Shown: positions 40,145 to 50,331, counted from the first letter of the whole stretch. The stretch is DNA of 63,914 bases, filler included, from Nitrospinae bacterium RIFCSPLOWO2_12_FULL_45_22 (GCA_001803565.1; 7 parts of 7 records of this genome joined end to end with filler, not necessarily neighbours in it), one strand, 5' to 3'. The notes: generated by a model not told the origin, from the letters alone. A program made the numbers and translations.

Positions 40145-40573
40145 CTATCCGCGCAGTTTCCTGGTAATCTCAACCAGCCTGTCAGCCATATGCCTTGCAA
40201 CAACAAGGTCGGTATCATTCGGCTCACCGGAAGACAGCGCCCCATAGTATGAACCTGATTTATATAGCTCCTTCACATTACCGGGGATGCCAACTATAAT
40301 CATCCCATGCGCCATGAAGGTAGGATACATGGAAAGGAGAGTTGCCTCCTGTCCACCGTGTACCATTTCTGCTGACGAGAAGGCAGACACTGCCTTACCA
40401 ATCAATGTCCCTTCCATCCAGAGTTTCCCTGACTGGTCCCAGAAGTTTCGCATTGGAGCAGCCATATTACCAAACCGTGTTGGTGTGCCTACAATAAGAC
40501 CATCCATCCACACCAGGTCCTCCACTACTGCATCAGGGATATCTGACATCTGACTGTAAATAGCCTTCCATTC
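40145..40573 (-). CDS. wrbA: WrbA-type flavodoxin-fold NAD(P)H:quinone oxidoreductase, 5'-truncated
   Basis: GTPTRFGNM, L.GK....FSS....HGGQE.T, HGM. Confidence 0.88.
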   Translation of the reverse strand, partial: EWKAIYSQMSDIPDAVVEDLVWMDGLIVGTPTRFGNMAAPMRNFWDQSGKLWMEGTLIGKAVSAFSSAEMVHGGQEATLLSMYPTFMAHGMIIVGIPGNVKELYKSGSYYGALSSGEPNDTDLVVARHMADRLVEITRKLRG

Positions 40574-40575
40574 AG

Positions 40576-40675
40576 NNNNNNNNNNNNNNNNNNNNNNNNN
40601 NNNNNNNNNNNNNNNNNNNTTAATTAATTAANNNNNNNNNNNNNNNNNNNNNNNNNNNNNNNNNNNNNNNNNNNN
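40576..40675. other. Artificial scaffold linker
   Basis: N-TTAATTAATTAA-N. Confidence 0.98.
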
Positions 40676-42297
40676 CCTTTCAGATAAACCTCGCTATCAA
40701 TATCTATCGGTCTCGATTCTCTGATCTTACCATTCAGGGAGAAGCCCCCTTCTGCTATACCGCCCAATTTGTATTCTGCTAAGAAAGGGAATAGGGTAGC
40801 TGAGCCGGCTAGATCATAAGGGGTGAAGTCCATATCCGCCTGAACCATGGGGTCTTTAAATTGGGAGACCCCCAGGGTACCCTTTAAATTCAGTTTATCC
40901 AGCCACACTTCTAGCCTTTTGAACTCCAATACATCTTTATCTGTAACCATGCTGAAATCTGCTTTAAAGGGGACATGGGTAGTCTTTTGAAAGAGATGGG
41001 GGTATTCAATATTGTTCTCACTTAAGTCCAGACCCCCCATGATTCCTATTTTGTTCAGGGACCCTGCTATCTTTAGCGTGCAAGAACTCCTTCCTTCTAT
41101 GGTCAAGTAGGGCAGCGGATAGATCCGAGAAATGATTTTGGCAGGAAAGAAGGCGGGCGAGTTTAGGGTTATGTCCAGGTAGGGTAATTTCCTTATTTCT
41201 TTTAATACGCCATGAGCATTTACTGATACTATTTCCGCGGCAGACAAACTGACTCTTTCCAGCTTCAGAACGTCCTTCAAATAATTCCAGGATGTATTTC
41301 CTTGAAGGGTTAATTTAACTAAGTCCTGGTCAGCGCCTTTCCCCTGGTATACTGTATGGAAAAGCTCCATCTGCCCCAGGAGCGCTAAATCGTTGCTTAG
41401 GCTACCTTTCACCTGTAGGTCAGCATTGATGGTAGCCGGAATGAAATGACGAAAGCTTCTATTTTTAAAATAAGGAGAAAAAAGGGCCGGGCTAAGATTA
41501 TTTAATTTTATCTCTATATCCAGAGTGGTCTTTTTAAGGTCTAACTGGCCTGGTGGGGGAATAATTTCTCCTTTAAGAGAGATACGGCTTTTTTTTAGAG
41601 GATAAGGGTCAGCGCTTAAATCCAGCTTAATACCCTTACCGCCATTTGGGGCCTTAAGGGATAGGTTGAGATTATCAAAGGTAGTAGTGAGGGGCTGTGG
41701 TTGGTTGATTTTATGATCAATGAATCTAACTTTCCCCTGGCGAATTTTTATCTTTTGAGGCAAAAAGGTAGCAATGGCTGTTGACGGGCCAGGTGGCTGA
41801 GGCTCGTACAGAGCCAGGAGGGAAGCGACTACTATCCGCTTCTTTGGTTTTCTTTCGGATTTTATCTTTCTAGCTAATAGATCATCAATACTATATTGTC
41901 CGGTTGGGGCCCTCTCAATAAGGATTTCCGGTTCATCTAAAACCGCTCTCTGTACTCTTATCTGCCCCCTAAAAAGGGGTAGTAATTTAAAACTCAGTTG
42001 GCACCTTTTGATCTTTATGAAAGGCCCCGGCAGAAAACCCGGCCGGTTATCTATCTGTAATCCTTGTAACTCTATCCCTAAACCGCCCAGTATAGTAAGC
42101 CGTATATCCTCTAACTCGACCTTTCGATTAAACTCCGTTTCTAATCTGGCTACTATTACCCCTTTATATTTATTCAGATTTATTAGCCGGGGGGCAACGG
42201 CAGCCAATAGTATTAATATGAATAATACTACAGCTCCTGCTATAATAATCTTTCGCTGCAAGATTGTGCTTTTCTCCTTCCTGTGCCCTTTGTTCAT
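40676..42297 (-). CDS. AsmA/DUF748-family envelope protein, 3'-truncated
   Basis: N-terminal TM, NKYK..I...L......V, L.PL..G.I.V....L..P.I, G..S..DL, repeated beta-strands. Confidence 0.8.
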
Positions 42298-42336
42298 TGT
42301 TCGTTACCGCAGGCTACAGATGGCAGACTGAGGTCA

Positions 42337-43239
42337 TTAATGGGTTGGCATATTTTGGGTTAATAATTGAGGTATGGCGGAAAAGTCTTCAGCTACCAGG
42401 ATACCTGCCTCTAGAAATGCCTGGACCTTTCCCCTGGTAGTGCCGCGATTCCCCTCCACCATAACGGCCGCATGGCCAAATCTTACCCCCGACATGCTAT
42501 CGGCAAACCTTCCAGCAACAAAGGCCACAATAGGTTTGGCAACCTTATTGGCTTTAACATATTCCGCCAGATCCTCTTCGGCAGTACCGCCCGGCTCGCA
42601 GAAGATCACTACGCCATGGGTTTCAGGGTCTGCCTGGAACAAAGGGATCAGGTCTACAAAGGTAGAACCAATAATAGGATCGCCACCCACGCTTATACAA
42701 GTGCTCTGGCCTAAGCCATTTAGAGTGAGCAGATTAGCAATCTCCGTCGTCATACCCCCACTGCGGGATATAATACCGATATTGCCGGGCGAATAGGCCC
42801 TCTTCACATCCTCTGCCCGGCCGCCTATCATCCCTAGCTTGGTCTTATGAGGACAGATAAGGCCGAGAGAATTAGGGCCGATGATCCGGCTTCCTAACTT
42901 ATGGCCATGAGTGATTATATCTACCACATCTCGCCTCGGTATTCTCTCAGTAACAATCACTAAGAGCTTTATGCCATTGTCCAGGGCCTCAAAGGCTGCC
43001 CCACGCACAAAAGCGGGTGGGACAGAGATGATGCTGGCGTCTACCCGTTCATTCTTAGTTATCTGTCTCACACAGTCATAGACCGGCACGCCATGAACCT
43101 CCCAGCCCCCTTTGCCAGGCGTTATACCACCAACTACCTTTGAACCATAATCTAAGAGGTCCCGGGTAAAAGTGACTGCTTCCCGTCCGGTAATGCCCTG
43201 GATAATCATCCGGGTATCTTTGTCAGCAATGATAGCCAT
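42337..43239 (-). CDS. sucD: Succinyl-CoA synthetase alpha subunit-like protein
   Basis: QGITG, G.TPGKGG, IGPN..G, SRSGG, G.GQST....GGD, FGHA phospho-His. Confidence 0.85.
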   Translation of the reverse strand: MAIIADKDTRMIIQGITGREAVTFTRDLLDYGSKVVGGITPGKGGWEVHGVPVYDCVRQITKNERVDASIISVPPAFVRGAAFEALDNGIKLLVIVTERIPRRDVVDIITHGHKLGSRIIGPNSLGLICPHKTKLGMIGGRAEDVKRAYSPGNIGIISRSGGMTTEIANLLTLNGLGQSTCISVGGDPIIGSTFVDLIPLFQADPETHGVVIFCEPGGTAEEDLAEYVKANKVAKPIVAFVAGRFADSMSGVRFGHAAVMVEGNRGTTRGKVQAFLEAGILVAEDFSAIPQLLTQNMPTH

Positions 43240-43377
43240 ACCATTTTTATAATAGCATAGAGTAGGTCATAATAAAACTCAAGTTTGAGACGACCAGAGA
43301 GGAGAGATACAGGGGGAGGATAGAGTTGGTAACAGTTGTAGGAGAAGGCTTAAATGTGACAAAGTTAATTTATATTT

Positions 43378-43490
43378 AGGACGCAGATATATTCAGGGAT
43401 CAGGAATCAGGGGCCAGGGATCAGCTCCATTTTTGACAACCGATCCCTGAACCCTGACCCCTGGTCAGTTCTGCGTCCAATAAGGAAATT
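43378..43490. repeat. Nested hairpin element (GGACGCAGA...TCTGCGTCC) with inner TCAGGG(A/G) heptamers
   Basis: Perfect 9-bp inverted repeat; TCAGGGA TCAGGAA TCAGGGG CCAGGGA faces TCCCTGA ACCCTGA CCCCTGG; abuts the mtrC-like stop. Confidence 0.82.
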
Positions 43491-45509
43491 TTAAGGTAAG
43501 GGCTCATGCTCTTTGGAGACGGCAAACTCCATCCCTTCTCCATGACACACCCGGCAAGATTCTCCATAGCGGCTAGAGGTCATCAGGTCTGCATGGGCAA
43601 TAGTATCTATGGCGTCATGGCAGGCGATACAAACCGCAGTAGTGGGCTTTACTCGAACAATCTCCCTACCTGACTGCGTAACTACGGTATCCCGCACCCC
43701 ACTGGATAAAGGCAATAGATAAGAATTACCTTCATGGCAGGTATTGCACTGGCGTCGGTCGCCAGGAAAGACTACCTTGGAATACTCGTGGGGTGTATTG
43801 CCGAATCCATAGACAATAAAGGGCTTTTGCGCTAATTCCTCGCCGGTATGGAGCCTGTGGACTAATACTTTATAATGCACTGACTCGGGAGGCATCTTAT
43901 CGGCTGGTCTTCTCCCTTCATCGGTCTGGTCGGGGTTATGGCAGATCACACAATATTCCGTATTGTTCCGTAGGCGACCATGCAATTCCAGCCGGTCATG
44001 GCAGGCATTATTACAGTTCTTGGTAGCAACTACGGTACGGCGGGCCTGGGGTGAGGGATCGGTTATAGCCACATATTTCACCACATTATCCCCGGTCTCA
44101 AATACTTCTTTTCCATTTACTTTAGTACTCTTCCGGCCCTCTATCCCTACAGCATAGGTCCCCGAGGCAGTACCAGGCAATGCTTTACTAAAGGTATAGG
44201 AGATATTGCCCTGGCCATCAGGGCCAGAGGAGTTCTGTCCAGTCACGGCCTCTCTTACCCACCAGCTATATTCGGTAGTAGGCCCACCAATAGTAAGCCC
44301 TACGGTAGCGAGATCAGCCGTACCCAGGTTCTGAGTGCCCCGCTTAATCTTGAAAACTACTGTTGGGTTCTGACCGGGCTTGGCATTCGTTATACTGACA
44401 ATCTCAAACTCTAATTTAGTCAGTTGCTTAGACTTCTCCGGGATAGTATGAGCCCCAGCCACTGAGAGATCAAATTCATCCCCATCGGACTCGTGACAGA
44501 AGGTGCATTGATCATCAGTACGGGCACCACCGGGGTGTTTCTCACCGGTAGTAAAGTTTAGATCGTCATGGCAAGCGCCACAGGCTGCGGCTGAAGGCCT
44601 ATCCGTGTAATTATCTGCCTGATCGGCATTGCGGTGGCACTTGGTACAGTTGCGAATATCCTGCGGGAAGACTACCTCGGAATAATCGTGTACGCTCTGC
44701 CGGAAGCCTATAATTTGATAAGGTGTTCCGGCCTTAACACTGGGTAAGTTCTCGCCGCGATGGATCTTGTGAATCATGACTTTAAAATCAATAGTGTTGC
44801 CAGTATCAGGGTCTGTACCCTGGTCCGTATGGCAGAGGCGACAATATTTATATTCCCGGCGGCCCCCGCCATGGAGAGCCAGCAAGTTGTGGCACTCGTT
44901 GCAATTATCAATATTCACTACCTCGCGTTTATAAGGCAGAGCGCCCCCAGCGGGCACAAAGTCGAAGGTATCATTATCATCATAATTTTTCTCTTGATAC
45001 ACCCGCCGGGCCTGGCCGCCTACGGTGTGGGGTAAACTTCTATTATAATTGGCGGGCAAGGCAGTCTTAAAGGTATACTGGAACTTACCAGTATCTTCAT
45101 CAATAGTAGTTGTGGTTCCTCCGGTATCCGTAGTAGGCTGGTTGGCCGTAGCCCCGGTAATGGGGCTGGTTACTTTGGTAAGGATATAACTAGAGTAACT
45201 GGTCAGGCCAGTATTGGGGTCCAGGATGAGGGCGGCAATGGTAAACCGAAGGTTGGACAGTTTCGTAGCGTCTAACCCATTGCCATTGTTATCCGTGAGG
45301 GTAAATGATACCACTGGTGTTCTGGTTGAGTCAGGAATCGTCGCTCCTGTGAGCTTAAGGATTACTCCGGGGGCGGGCTCAAAAAAATGCTTAGCGTTTA
45401 TGTCGCCCGGGGGTGGGTCTTGCGGCCATTTAAAGCCATAAAAGGTAGTCAGAACCAACCCGAACAAGATTGTTACCCCAAAATAATTTAAAAACCTCTT
45501 TGTGGTCAT
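43491..45509 (-). CDS. OmcA/MtrC-family decaheme c-type cytochrome
   Basis: Nine CxxCH plus one CxxxCH in two blocks of five separated by beta-rich domains; HGG.R and M.HKIH motifs. Confidence 0.9.
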   Translation of the reverse strand: MTTKRFLNYFGVTILFGLVLTTFYGFKWPQDPPPGDINAKHFFEPAPGVILKLTGATIPDSTRTPVVSFTLTDNNGNGLDATKLSNLRFTIAALILDPNTGLTSYSSYILTKVTSPITGATANQPTTDTGGTTTTIDEDTGKFQYTFKTALPANYNRSLPHTVGGQARRVYQEKNYDDNDTFDFVPAGGALPYKREVVNIDNCNECHNLLALHGGGRREYKYCRLCHTDQGTDPDTGNTIDFKVMIHKIHRGENLPSVKAGTPYQIIGFRQSVHDYSEVVFPQDIRNCTKCHRNADQADNYTDRPSAAACGACHDDLNFTTGEKHPGGARTDDQCTFCHESDGDEFDLSVAGAHTIPEKSKQLTKLEFEIVSITNAKPGQNPTVVFKIKRGTQNLGTADLATVGLTIGGPTTEYSWWVREAVTGQNSSGPDGQGNISYTFSKALPGTASGTYAVGIEGRKSTKVNGKEVFETGDNVVKYVAITDPSPQARRTVVATKNCNNACHDRLELHGRLRNNTEYCVICHNPDQTDEGRRPADKMPPESVHYKVLVHRLHTGEELAQKPFIVYGFGNTPHEYSKVVFPGDRRQCNTCHEGNSYLLPLSSGVRDTVVTQSGREIVRVKPTTAVCIACHDAIDTIAHADLMTSSRYGESCRVCHGEGMEFAVSKEHEPLP

Positions 45510-45551
45510 TGGACAACCTCCTCTCTCGAATCTCACTGTTAATCTGTTGAT

Positions 45552-45781
45552 GTAAGTATTCAGTAAACCACGAGATTAACACGAGATTATCACAAGATTT
45601 TCCTCCTAATCTCTAAACTATCCTTGCCAAAATTTAATAGCAACCCAACCTTTTTCCTTGTAGCCTTCAAATAATTTAAAAGTTGTGCCCGGGGTGCACC
45701 CCGCCATTTCTCCTCATTATCTTGTGTAAATCTTGTGAAATCTTGTGGTTTCATTAAAAACGGGGTTCAGTGAGTATTTAC
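45552..45781. mobile_element. MITE-like element with 8-bp flanking direct repeat
   Basis: Ends GTAAGTATTCA / TGAGTATTTAC (9/11 inverted repeat); CTGTTGAT on both sides (45544-45551, 45782-45789); inner ~33-bp inverted arms. Confidence 0.7.
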
Positions 45782-45788
45782 CTGTTGA

Positions 45789-47735
45789 TTAAAATTCGGT
45801 TTTTAGATATATCGTAGCCAGGTCAGCATCGTAGTCGTTGAGCCGACCACCATAGTTGTCCCGCTGTTCATAGAGGGCCACATGGCGATAATCAAAATTG
45901 AGGCTCATATCTGTCTCCCGTACCTTGAAGCGATACTGTAGGCCCCAGCTAAAGTCGTATACATCCAATGGGAACGTACCCCGGGCATCAATAAACCTGA
46001 AATTCAGGTCAGTGGTTAAGAATGAAGTTAGATCGTAAGTTATACCCCCCACATAAATGTCATTATCTTCCGAGAAATCTGCGGCCCTGATAGGCCCAAT
46101 ATTTAAGCCCAAGGCCTCTACAATCTCGGTATTAAGCTCTAAGTCCTGCCGGGTATAAGCAGCCGTCAGCGAGAGAGTTTTGAAGGGCTGGTACCAGATA
46201 TTAGCGGAATAGCTCTTTTCTACATAGTCTGATGCACCGGTAGTATTTTTTTTATCCTTTACAGTAAACCCAAAGCCGGTACTAAGATTGTCACGGGGAT
46301 TAAATTTTATCTTGAATTTGGCATTATCTTCATCGGTAGAGCTGATGCGGGTATACGGATTATCTATGCTGCCGTTTTCATATTCTGACGAAATAGTGAG
46401 CATTTTCCAGGGCTTAAGGTCAAAGCCTGCTACCAGGGACTTATTACGGGTGTCTATCTTGCGGTGTATCAGCCGGTCTTCGGTCGCGCTAGCGAAACGA
46501 TCCTGGAAGCGGTACCCCAGGCGCAGAGAGAGGATTTCAAAAGGGATATATTCGAAGACGGCCCCAACAGTATTGGCCCGGATGTTATCATCGGTCTTGG
46601 CCAGGGCAGTAGCAACCGTAGGAGAAAACAGGACAAAGAGGGGGCTGGGGAATATCCGGGTATCTTCGGTAAAGATATCGGCATCGTTCTTGGTGCTGTG
46701 TAAGCGATAGTTAGTATGGAGGAAGAGGTTATCAAGAATCCTAAAAGAAAGCCCTAGATCAAAGATATGGATAAGCCGGTCGCCATCACCATCTCCTCGA
46801 CGGTTCTGTTGCAGATTCACACCGGCAAAATTCCGTCCCAGCAAGCTATTAGCGAAGGAATAATCCAGGTCACTCTTACTGAAGATATAGCCCAGGTTCA
46901 ACTCTACCCGATCCAATAGATAAGAATGGAGCTTCACAGTAGTAATAGGTATAGTGAGGGTTTCTGACTGGTGCCAATCATAGGCATCTAACTCAGTAGC
47001 GGCCCGGCTGCCGAACTGACCGCCGGCCGATGGTGCGGGCAGGAAATAACTTATCTTGTCATTAAAGAGGCGCAATTCCTGTTCTATAGACAAGTCTACC
47101 GGGCCGATCGAATAATCCAGCCCAAATTTATAATCGTTGGTGAGCTTATGCACCGGATAGAAGAGCTGGAACTCATCCTGGAATATCTCGCGGGTAATAG
47201 TAGCATCACCATTCTGCCATTGTCGCCTATAAGAGAAAGAGAACTTGGGCAGGTCTTTCGGCGTAAGGGTAAAATCTACCTGGGTAAATTTCCGGCTCCA
47301 GTCAAATATATGGGGATCACCCGTGGGAATAAAGGGGAAGCCGAGATTGTTATATTTGTAATCTACTTCCTGGCGGGTGATCTTTAAGTCAAACAGGTCA
47401 TGTTTCCCCAGCCTGATATATCCCCAGGGATAAGGGTCACCACCCCAGTTATGGCCTTCAATACCGAAATAGTCTATAGGGTTCCCGGCCTTGTCTCCGG
47501 CCTCTCCCTGTAATGACAGGTCAAATAAACGTAAACCTCGCATCAAATTATAGTCCTCTTCATACTTGGCTTCATTCTTGTCTATATCCACTGCCCTACC
47601 GCCAAACGATACTGATCCCCTGATCTTATAATCACCTACCTGATATCTTCCGGCAGCATCATTTTTTTCGGTGATTCCTAACAAGAATACCAGGGCCATA
47701 AGTAGGGTCCAACTGCCTTTTTTAATCACTCGCAT
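45789..47735 (-). CDS. Outer-membrane beta-barrel porin (MtrB/PioB-like)
   Basis: Signal peptide, amphipathic beta-strands, C-terminal Phe (YLKTEF); lies between two multiheme cytochromes. Confidence 0.78.
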   Translation of the reverse strand: MRVIKKGSWTLLMALVFLLGITEKNDAAGRYQVGDYKIRGSVSFGGRAVDIDKNEAKYEEDYNLMRGLRLFDLSLQGEAGDKAGNPIDYFGIEGHNWGGDPYPWGYIRLGKHDLFDLKITRQEVDYKYNNLGFPFIPTGDPHIFDWSRKFTQVDFTLTPKDLPKFSFSYRRQWQNGDATITREIFQDEFQLFYPVHKLTNDYKFGLDYSIGPVDLSIEQELRLFNDKISYFLPAPSAGGQFGSRAATELDAYDWHQSETLTIPITTVKLHSYLLDRVELNLGYIFSKSDLDYSFANSLLGRNFAGVNLQQNRRGDGDGDRLIHIFDLGLSFRILDNLFLHTNYRLHSTKNDADIFTEDTRIFPSPLFVLFSPTVATALAKTDDNIRANTVGAVFEYIPFEILSLRLGYRFQDRFASATEDRLIHRKIDTRNKSLVAGFDLKPWKMLTISSEYENGSIDNPYTRISSTDEDNAKFKIKFNPRDNLSTGFGFTVKDKKNTTGASDYVEKSYSANIWYQPFKTLSLTAAYTRQDLELNTEIVEALGLNIGPIRAADFSEDNDIYVGGITYDLTSFLTTDLNFRFIDARGTFPLDVYDFSWGLQYRFKVRETDMSLNFDYRHVALYEQRDNYGGRLNDYDADLATIYLKTEF

Positions 47736-47765
47736 CTTTTCTGGTCCTCCAAAATCATTGGGACA

Positions 47766-48479
47766 CTACTCAAGAAGAATCTTGCTAACATTAGAGCCAT
47801 GAATATTCATATGACAGACGGTACACGTCTGAAACCGGGCATTTCGCTGGTTATGGAAGGCCGGGGCATCGGGATGGCAGGAGAGGCAGAGCATCCTTAC
47901 TTCCTGATAGGTCAGCAGATGCCGGCTGTTGGAGCCATGGGGCTTATGGCAAACCAAACACCCCTCCACATAAAGCGATAGATGCTCATAAATCCAGGGC
48001 CCCCGTTTGTCTGTGTGGCACTTGAAGCAGACTTCATCCGCCTCCTTTTTCAGCATCCGGTAATTAGGGCTGCCGTGAGGGGTATGACAATCAGTGCAGT
48101 TTATAACACCCTCCGGGACTTTGTGGTGTTCGGGCAAGGCAAACTCTGCCATGATTTCTCTGTGGCAGTTGTAGCAGAGGTTTGGGGCGGTTTCTCGGAG
48201 CATATATTCCTTTGCCGGGGCATTATGAGGCGGTAAATGGCAATCATCACAGGCTATAGCCCCTAGACGATGTTCACTCTTACGGAAAGTAAAACGCTCG
48301 GCCTCTTTTTTATGGCACTTAAGGCATATTTCAGAGCGGCTCTTAGCGGATTTTCCGGGAAATTTAAACAGGGCCTTTTCTGGGTCCTCCATGTGCTCAC
48401 TGCCCGGCCCGTGACATGCCTCACAGCCCTTCAGTTCCGCTGGGGCCTTCTCATCCAGATCGGTCTTGTAATGGGCAGA
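47766..48479 (-). CDS. DmsE/MtrA-family multiheme cytochrome, 5'-truncated
   Basis: Nine visible CxxCH (CEACHGPGS.H ... CTDCHTPHGS, CH.DKRGP..YEH, CH..IHGSN). Confidence 0.92.
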   Translation of the reverse strand, partial: SAHYKTDLDEKAPAELKGCEACHGPGSEHMEDPEKALFKFPGKSAKSRSEICLKCHKKEAERFTFRKSEHRLGAIACDDCHLPPHNAPAKEYMLRETAPNLCYNCHREIMAEFALPEHHKVPEGVINCTDCHTPHGSPNYRMLKKEADEVCFKCHTDKRGPWIYEHLSLYVEGCLVCHKPHGSNSRHLLTYQEVRMLCLSCHPDAPAFHNQRNARFQTCTVCHMNIHGSNVSKILLE

Positions 48480-48480
48480 T

Positions 48481-48580
48481 NNNNNNNNNNNNNNNNNNNN
48501 NNNNNNNNNNNNNNNNNNNNNNNNTTAATTAATTAANNNNNNNNNNNNNNNNNNNNNNNNNNNNNNNNNNNNNNNNNNNN
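48481..48580. other. Artificial scaffold linker
   Basis: N-TTAATTAATTAA-N. Confidence 0.98.
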
Positions 48581-48743
48581 ATGATGCTTTTGCAAAACAT
48601 CCGGAGCGGTTCAAGGGGAAGATGCCAAAACCGGTGGCCTTGCCCGAGGCGGCCTGGATCAATAAACCGACGCCAGAAAATAGTGATCAATTGTGACACT
48701 AAATTCCTTAATAGAGGTGTCTCATTTCCATTGACAAGTTCCG
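48581..48743 (+). mobile_element. Right end of an IS (IS3-type transposase C-terminus plus terminal repeat)
   Basis: DAFAKHPERFKGKMPKPVALPEAAWINKP...* (stop 48696), then GTGTCTCATTTCCATTGACAAGTTCCG; at the scaffold edge. Confidence 0.75.
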
Positions 48744-48811
48744 ATATACCAGGGCAATGAAGCGGATAAGCCTAAAATGTTTATCTTATCATCTCATCTA
48801 TCATCGCTGAT

Positions 48812-49804
48812 ATGGAATTTAAAGCCCTAACACGAGAATTAAGCAAAGGGATAGTAAAACCGGTATATCTCTTTTATGGCCCAGAGAGATTATTATTGGA
48901 AGAAAGTATAGAGCTACTGAAGGAGAAGTTGGTAGAAGGAGCGAGCCAGAAAGGATGGAACTACTATGTCGTTTATGGTAAAGAAGTTAAAGCAACCACT
49001 ATCCTGGAGAAAGCCCGCACCCTCCCCTTCTTTGCCGGCCATAGGTTAATCCTGATCCAGGAAGCTGACTCATTACCCTGGGCAGAGCAAGAGAAACTGA
49101 TCCCCTATTTGCAAGCCCCGGTCTCCTTTACCTGCTTAGTCTTAATAGGTGATACATCAGCTCCCCTGGCGCAACTGGAGCCCTATATCAAGGCCAAAGG
49201 GGCCATAGTAGAATTCTCTACCCTATCTCCCGGTGAAGTATTGCGCTGGATAAAAGAAAAAGTTGAGGGTTTTGGGTATAAAATCACTCCTGAGGCAGGC
49301 CGGTATTTATTGGAAAATAATGGTCCGGACCTCCTGCAAATAAAGAGTGAATTAGATAAAGCTATCGCCTTTACCGGGAAAAGTGGTTCATGGATAGAGT
49401 TAAAAGACTTACAAGAACTTTGCTGGCATGCTACTACTCATACTATTTTTGATCTAGTAGCTGCCCTGGGTAATAGGAAGAAAGAGGAAGCCCTTTATCT
49501 GCTCCAATGTCTACTGAGACAGAATGAGGCGCCACTCTTGATCTTAAACCTTATAGTTCGTCACTTTCGTCAGTTGTGGCAAATTAAGGATCTGCAGGCC
49601 AATAATTACTCCATAGACCAGGTAGGAAAACTGTTAGGCCTCTTGCCTTATCGAATAAAGAAATACCTCGACCAGGCCAGCAAGTTTTCCTGGGACGAAT
49701 TAAAAGATATGTTCGCCAGCTTTTTAGAAATAGACCTGCTTCTTAAATCTACCGATATCCCGGGCAAGATATTATTAGAAAATTTTATTTGGCGGCTATC
49801 TTAG
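48812..49804 (+). CDS. holA: DNA polymerase III delta subunit
   Basis: PVYLFYG.E, A.TLPFF...RL, EL.K, IFDL; convergent with rpsT. Confidence 0.92.
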   Translation: MEFKALTRELSKGIVKPVYLFYGPERLLLEESIELLKEKLVEGASQKGWNYYVVYGKEVKATTILEKARTLPFFAGHRLILIQEADSLPWAEQEKLIPYLQAPVSFTCLVLIGDTSAPLAQLEPYIKAKGAIVEFSTLSPGEVLRWIKEKVEGFGYKITPEAGRYLLENNGPDLLQIKSELDKAIAFTGKSGSWIELKDLQELCWHATTHTIFDLVAALGNRKKEEALYLLQCLLRQNEAPLLILNLIVRHFRQLWQIKDLQANNYSIDQVGKLLGLLPYRIKKYLDQASKFSWDELKDMFASFLEIDLLLKSTDIPGKILLENFIWRLS

Positions 49805-50057
49805 TAGATACTTTTTTAGCGATGCGGGCTATCTTGCGCGAGGCAGTCCGATGATGAATAACACCTTTGGAAGCGGCTTTCTGCAGAGTAGACATGACCT
49901 GGGATAACTGCTTGTTAGCCCCTTCGGTATCTTTCTTTTGAAGCCCCTGGTCTATCCGTCCCACGGCAGTTTTGCAAGCAGATTTTATGCTTCGATTCCT
50001 CAACCGGCGGACGTTATTCTGTCTTATCCTTTTAAGGGTGGATTTACTTGTGGCCAA
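49785..50057 (-). CDS. rpsT: 30S ribosomal protein S20
   Basis: KS..KR.RQ...RR.RN, A.KGVIH...ASRK. Confidence 0.96.
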   Translation of the reverse strand: MATSKSTLKRIRQNNVRRLRNRSIKSACKTAVGRIDQGLQKKDTEGANKQLSQVMSTLQKAASKGVIHHRTASRKIARIAKKVSTKIAAK

Positions 50058-50080
50058 AAAGGCTCCCTCCTCTTATAATT

Positions 50081-50245
50081 AGGACACATGTTCTCACAGA
50101 TACGGACATCCAAAGTTCAACCTCCCAATATCAAGTGGCAAAGCCGGGAGATTTTGCTTTGAGTTTTGGTGTTTGAACTTTTATAGCAGTTCTTTATATT
50201 AATAGCCAAATAATCTGTCTGCATCTGTGTCCAAAACGGAAACTT
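50081..50245. repeat. Nested hairpin element (GGACAC...ATCTGTGTCC family)
   Basis: Right end ATCTGTGTCCAAAACGGAAAC; inner AAAGTTCAA...TTGAACTTT. Confidence 0.72.
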
Positions 50246-50331
50246 CGGTACTATAAATTTGCTTCTATATGTTTAGCATAATTGGGGGATAAAGGCAAGT
50301 AGCGAATAACCGCGCAGGGGTCAAGGAGAGT

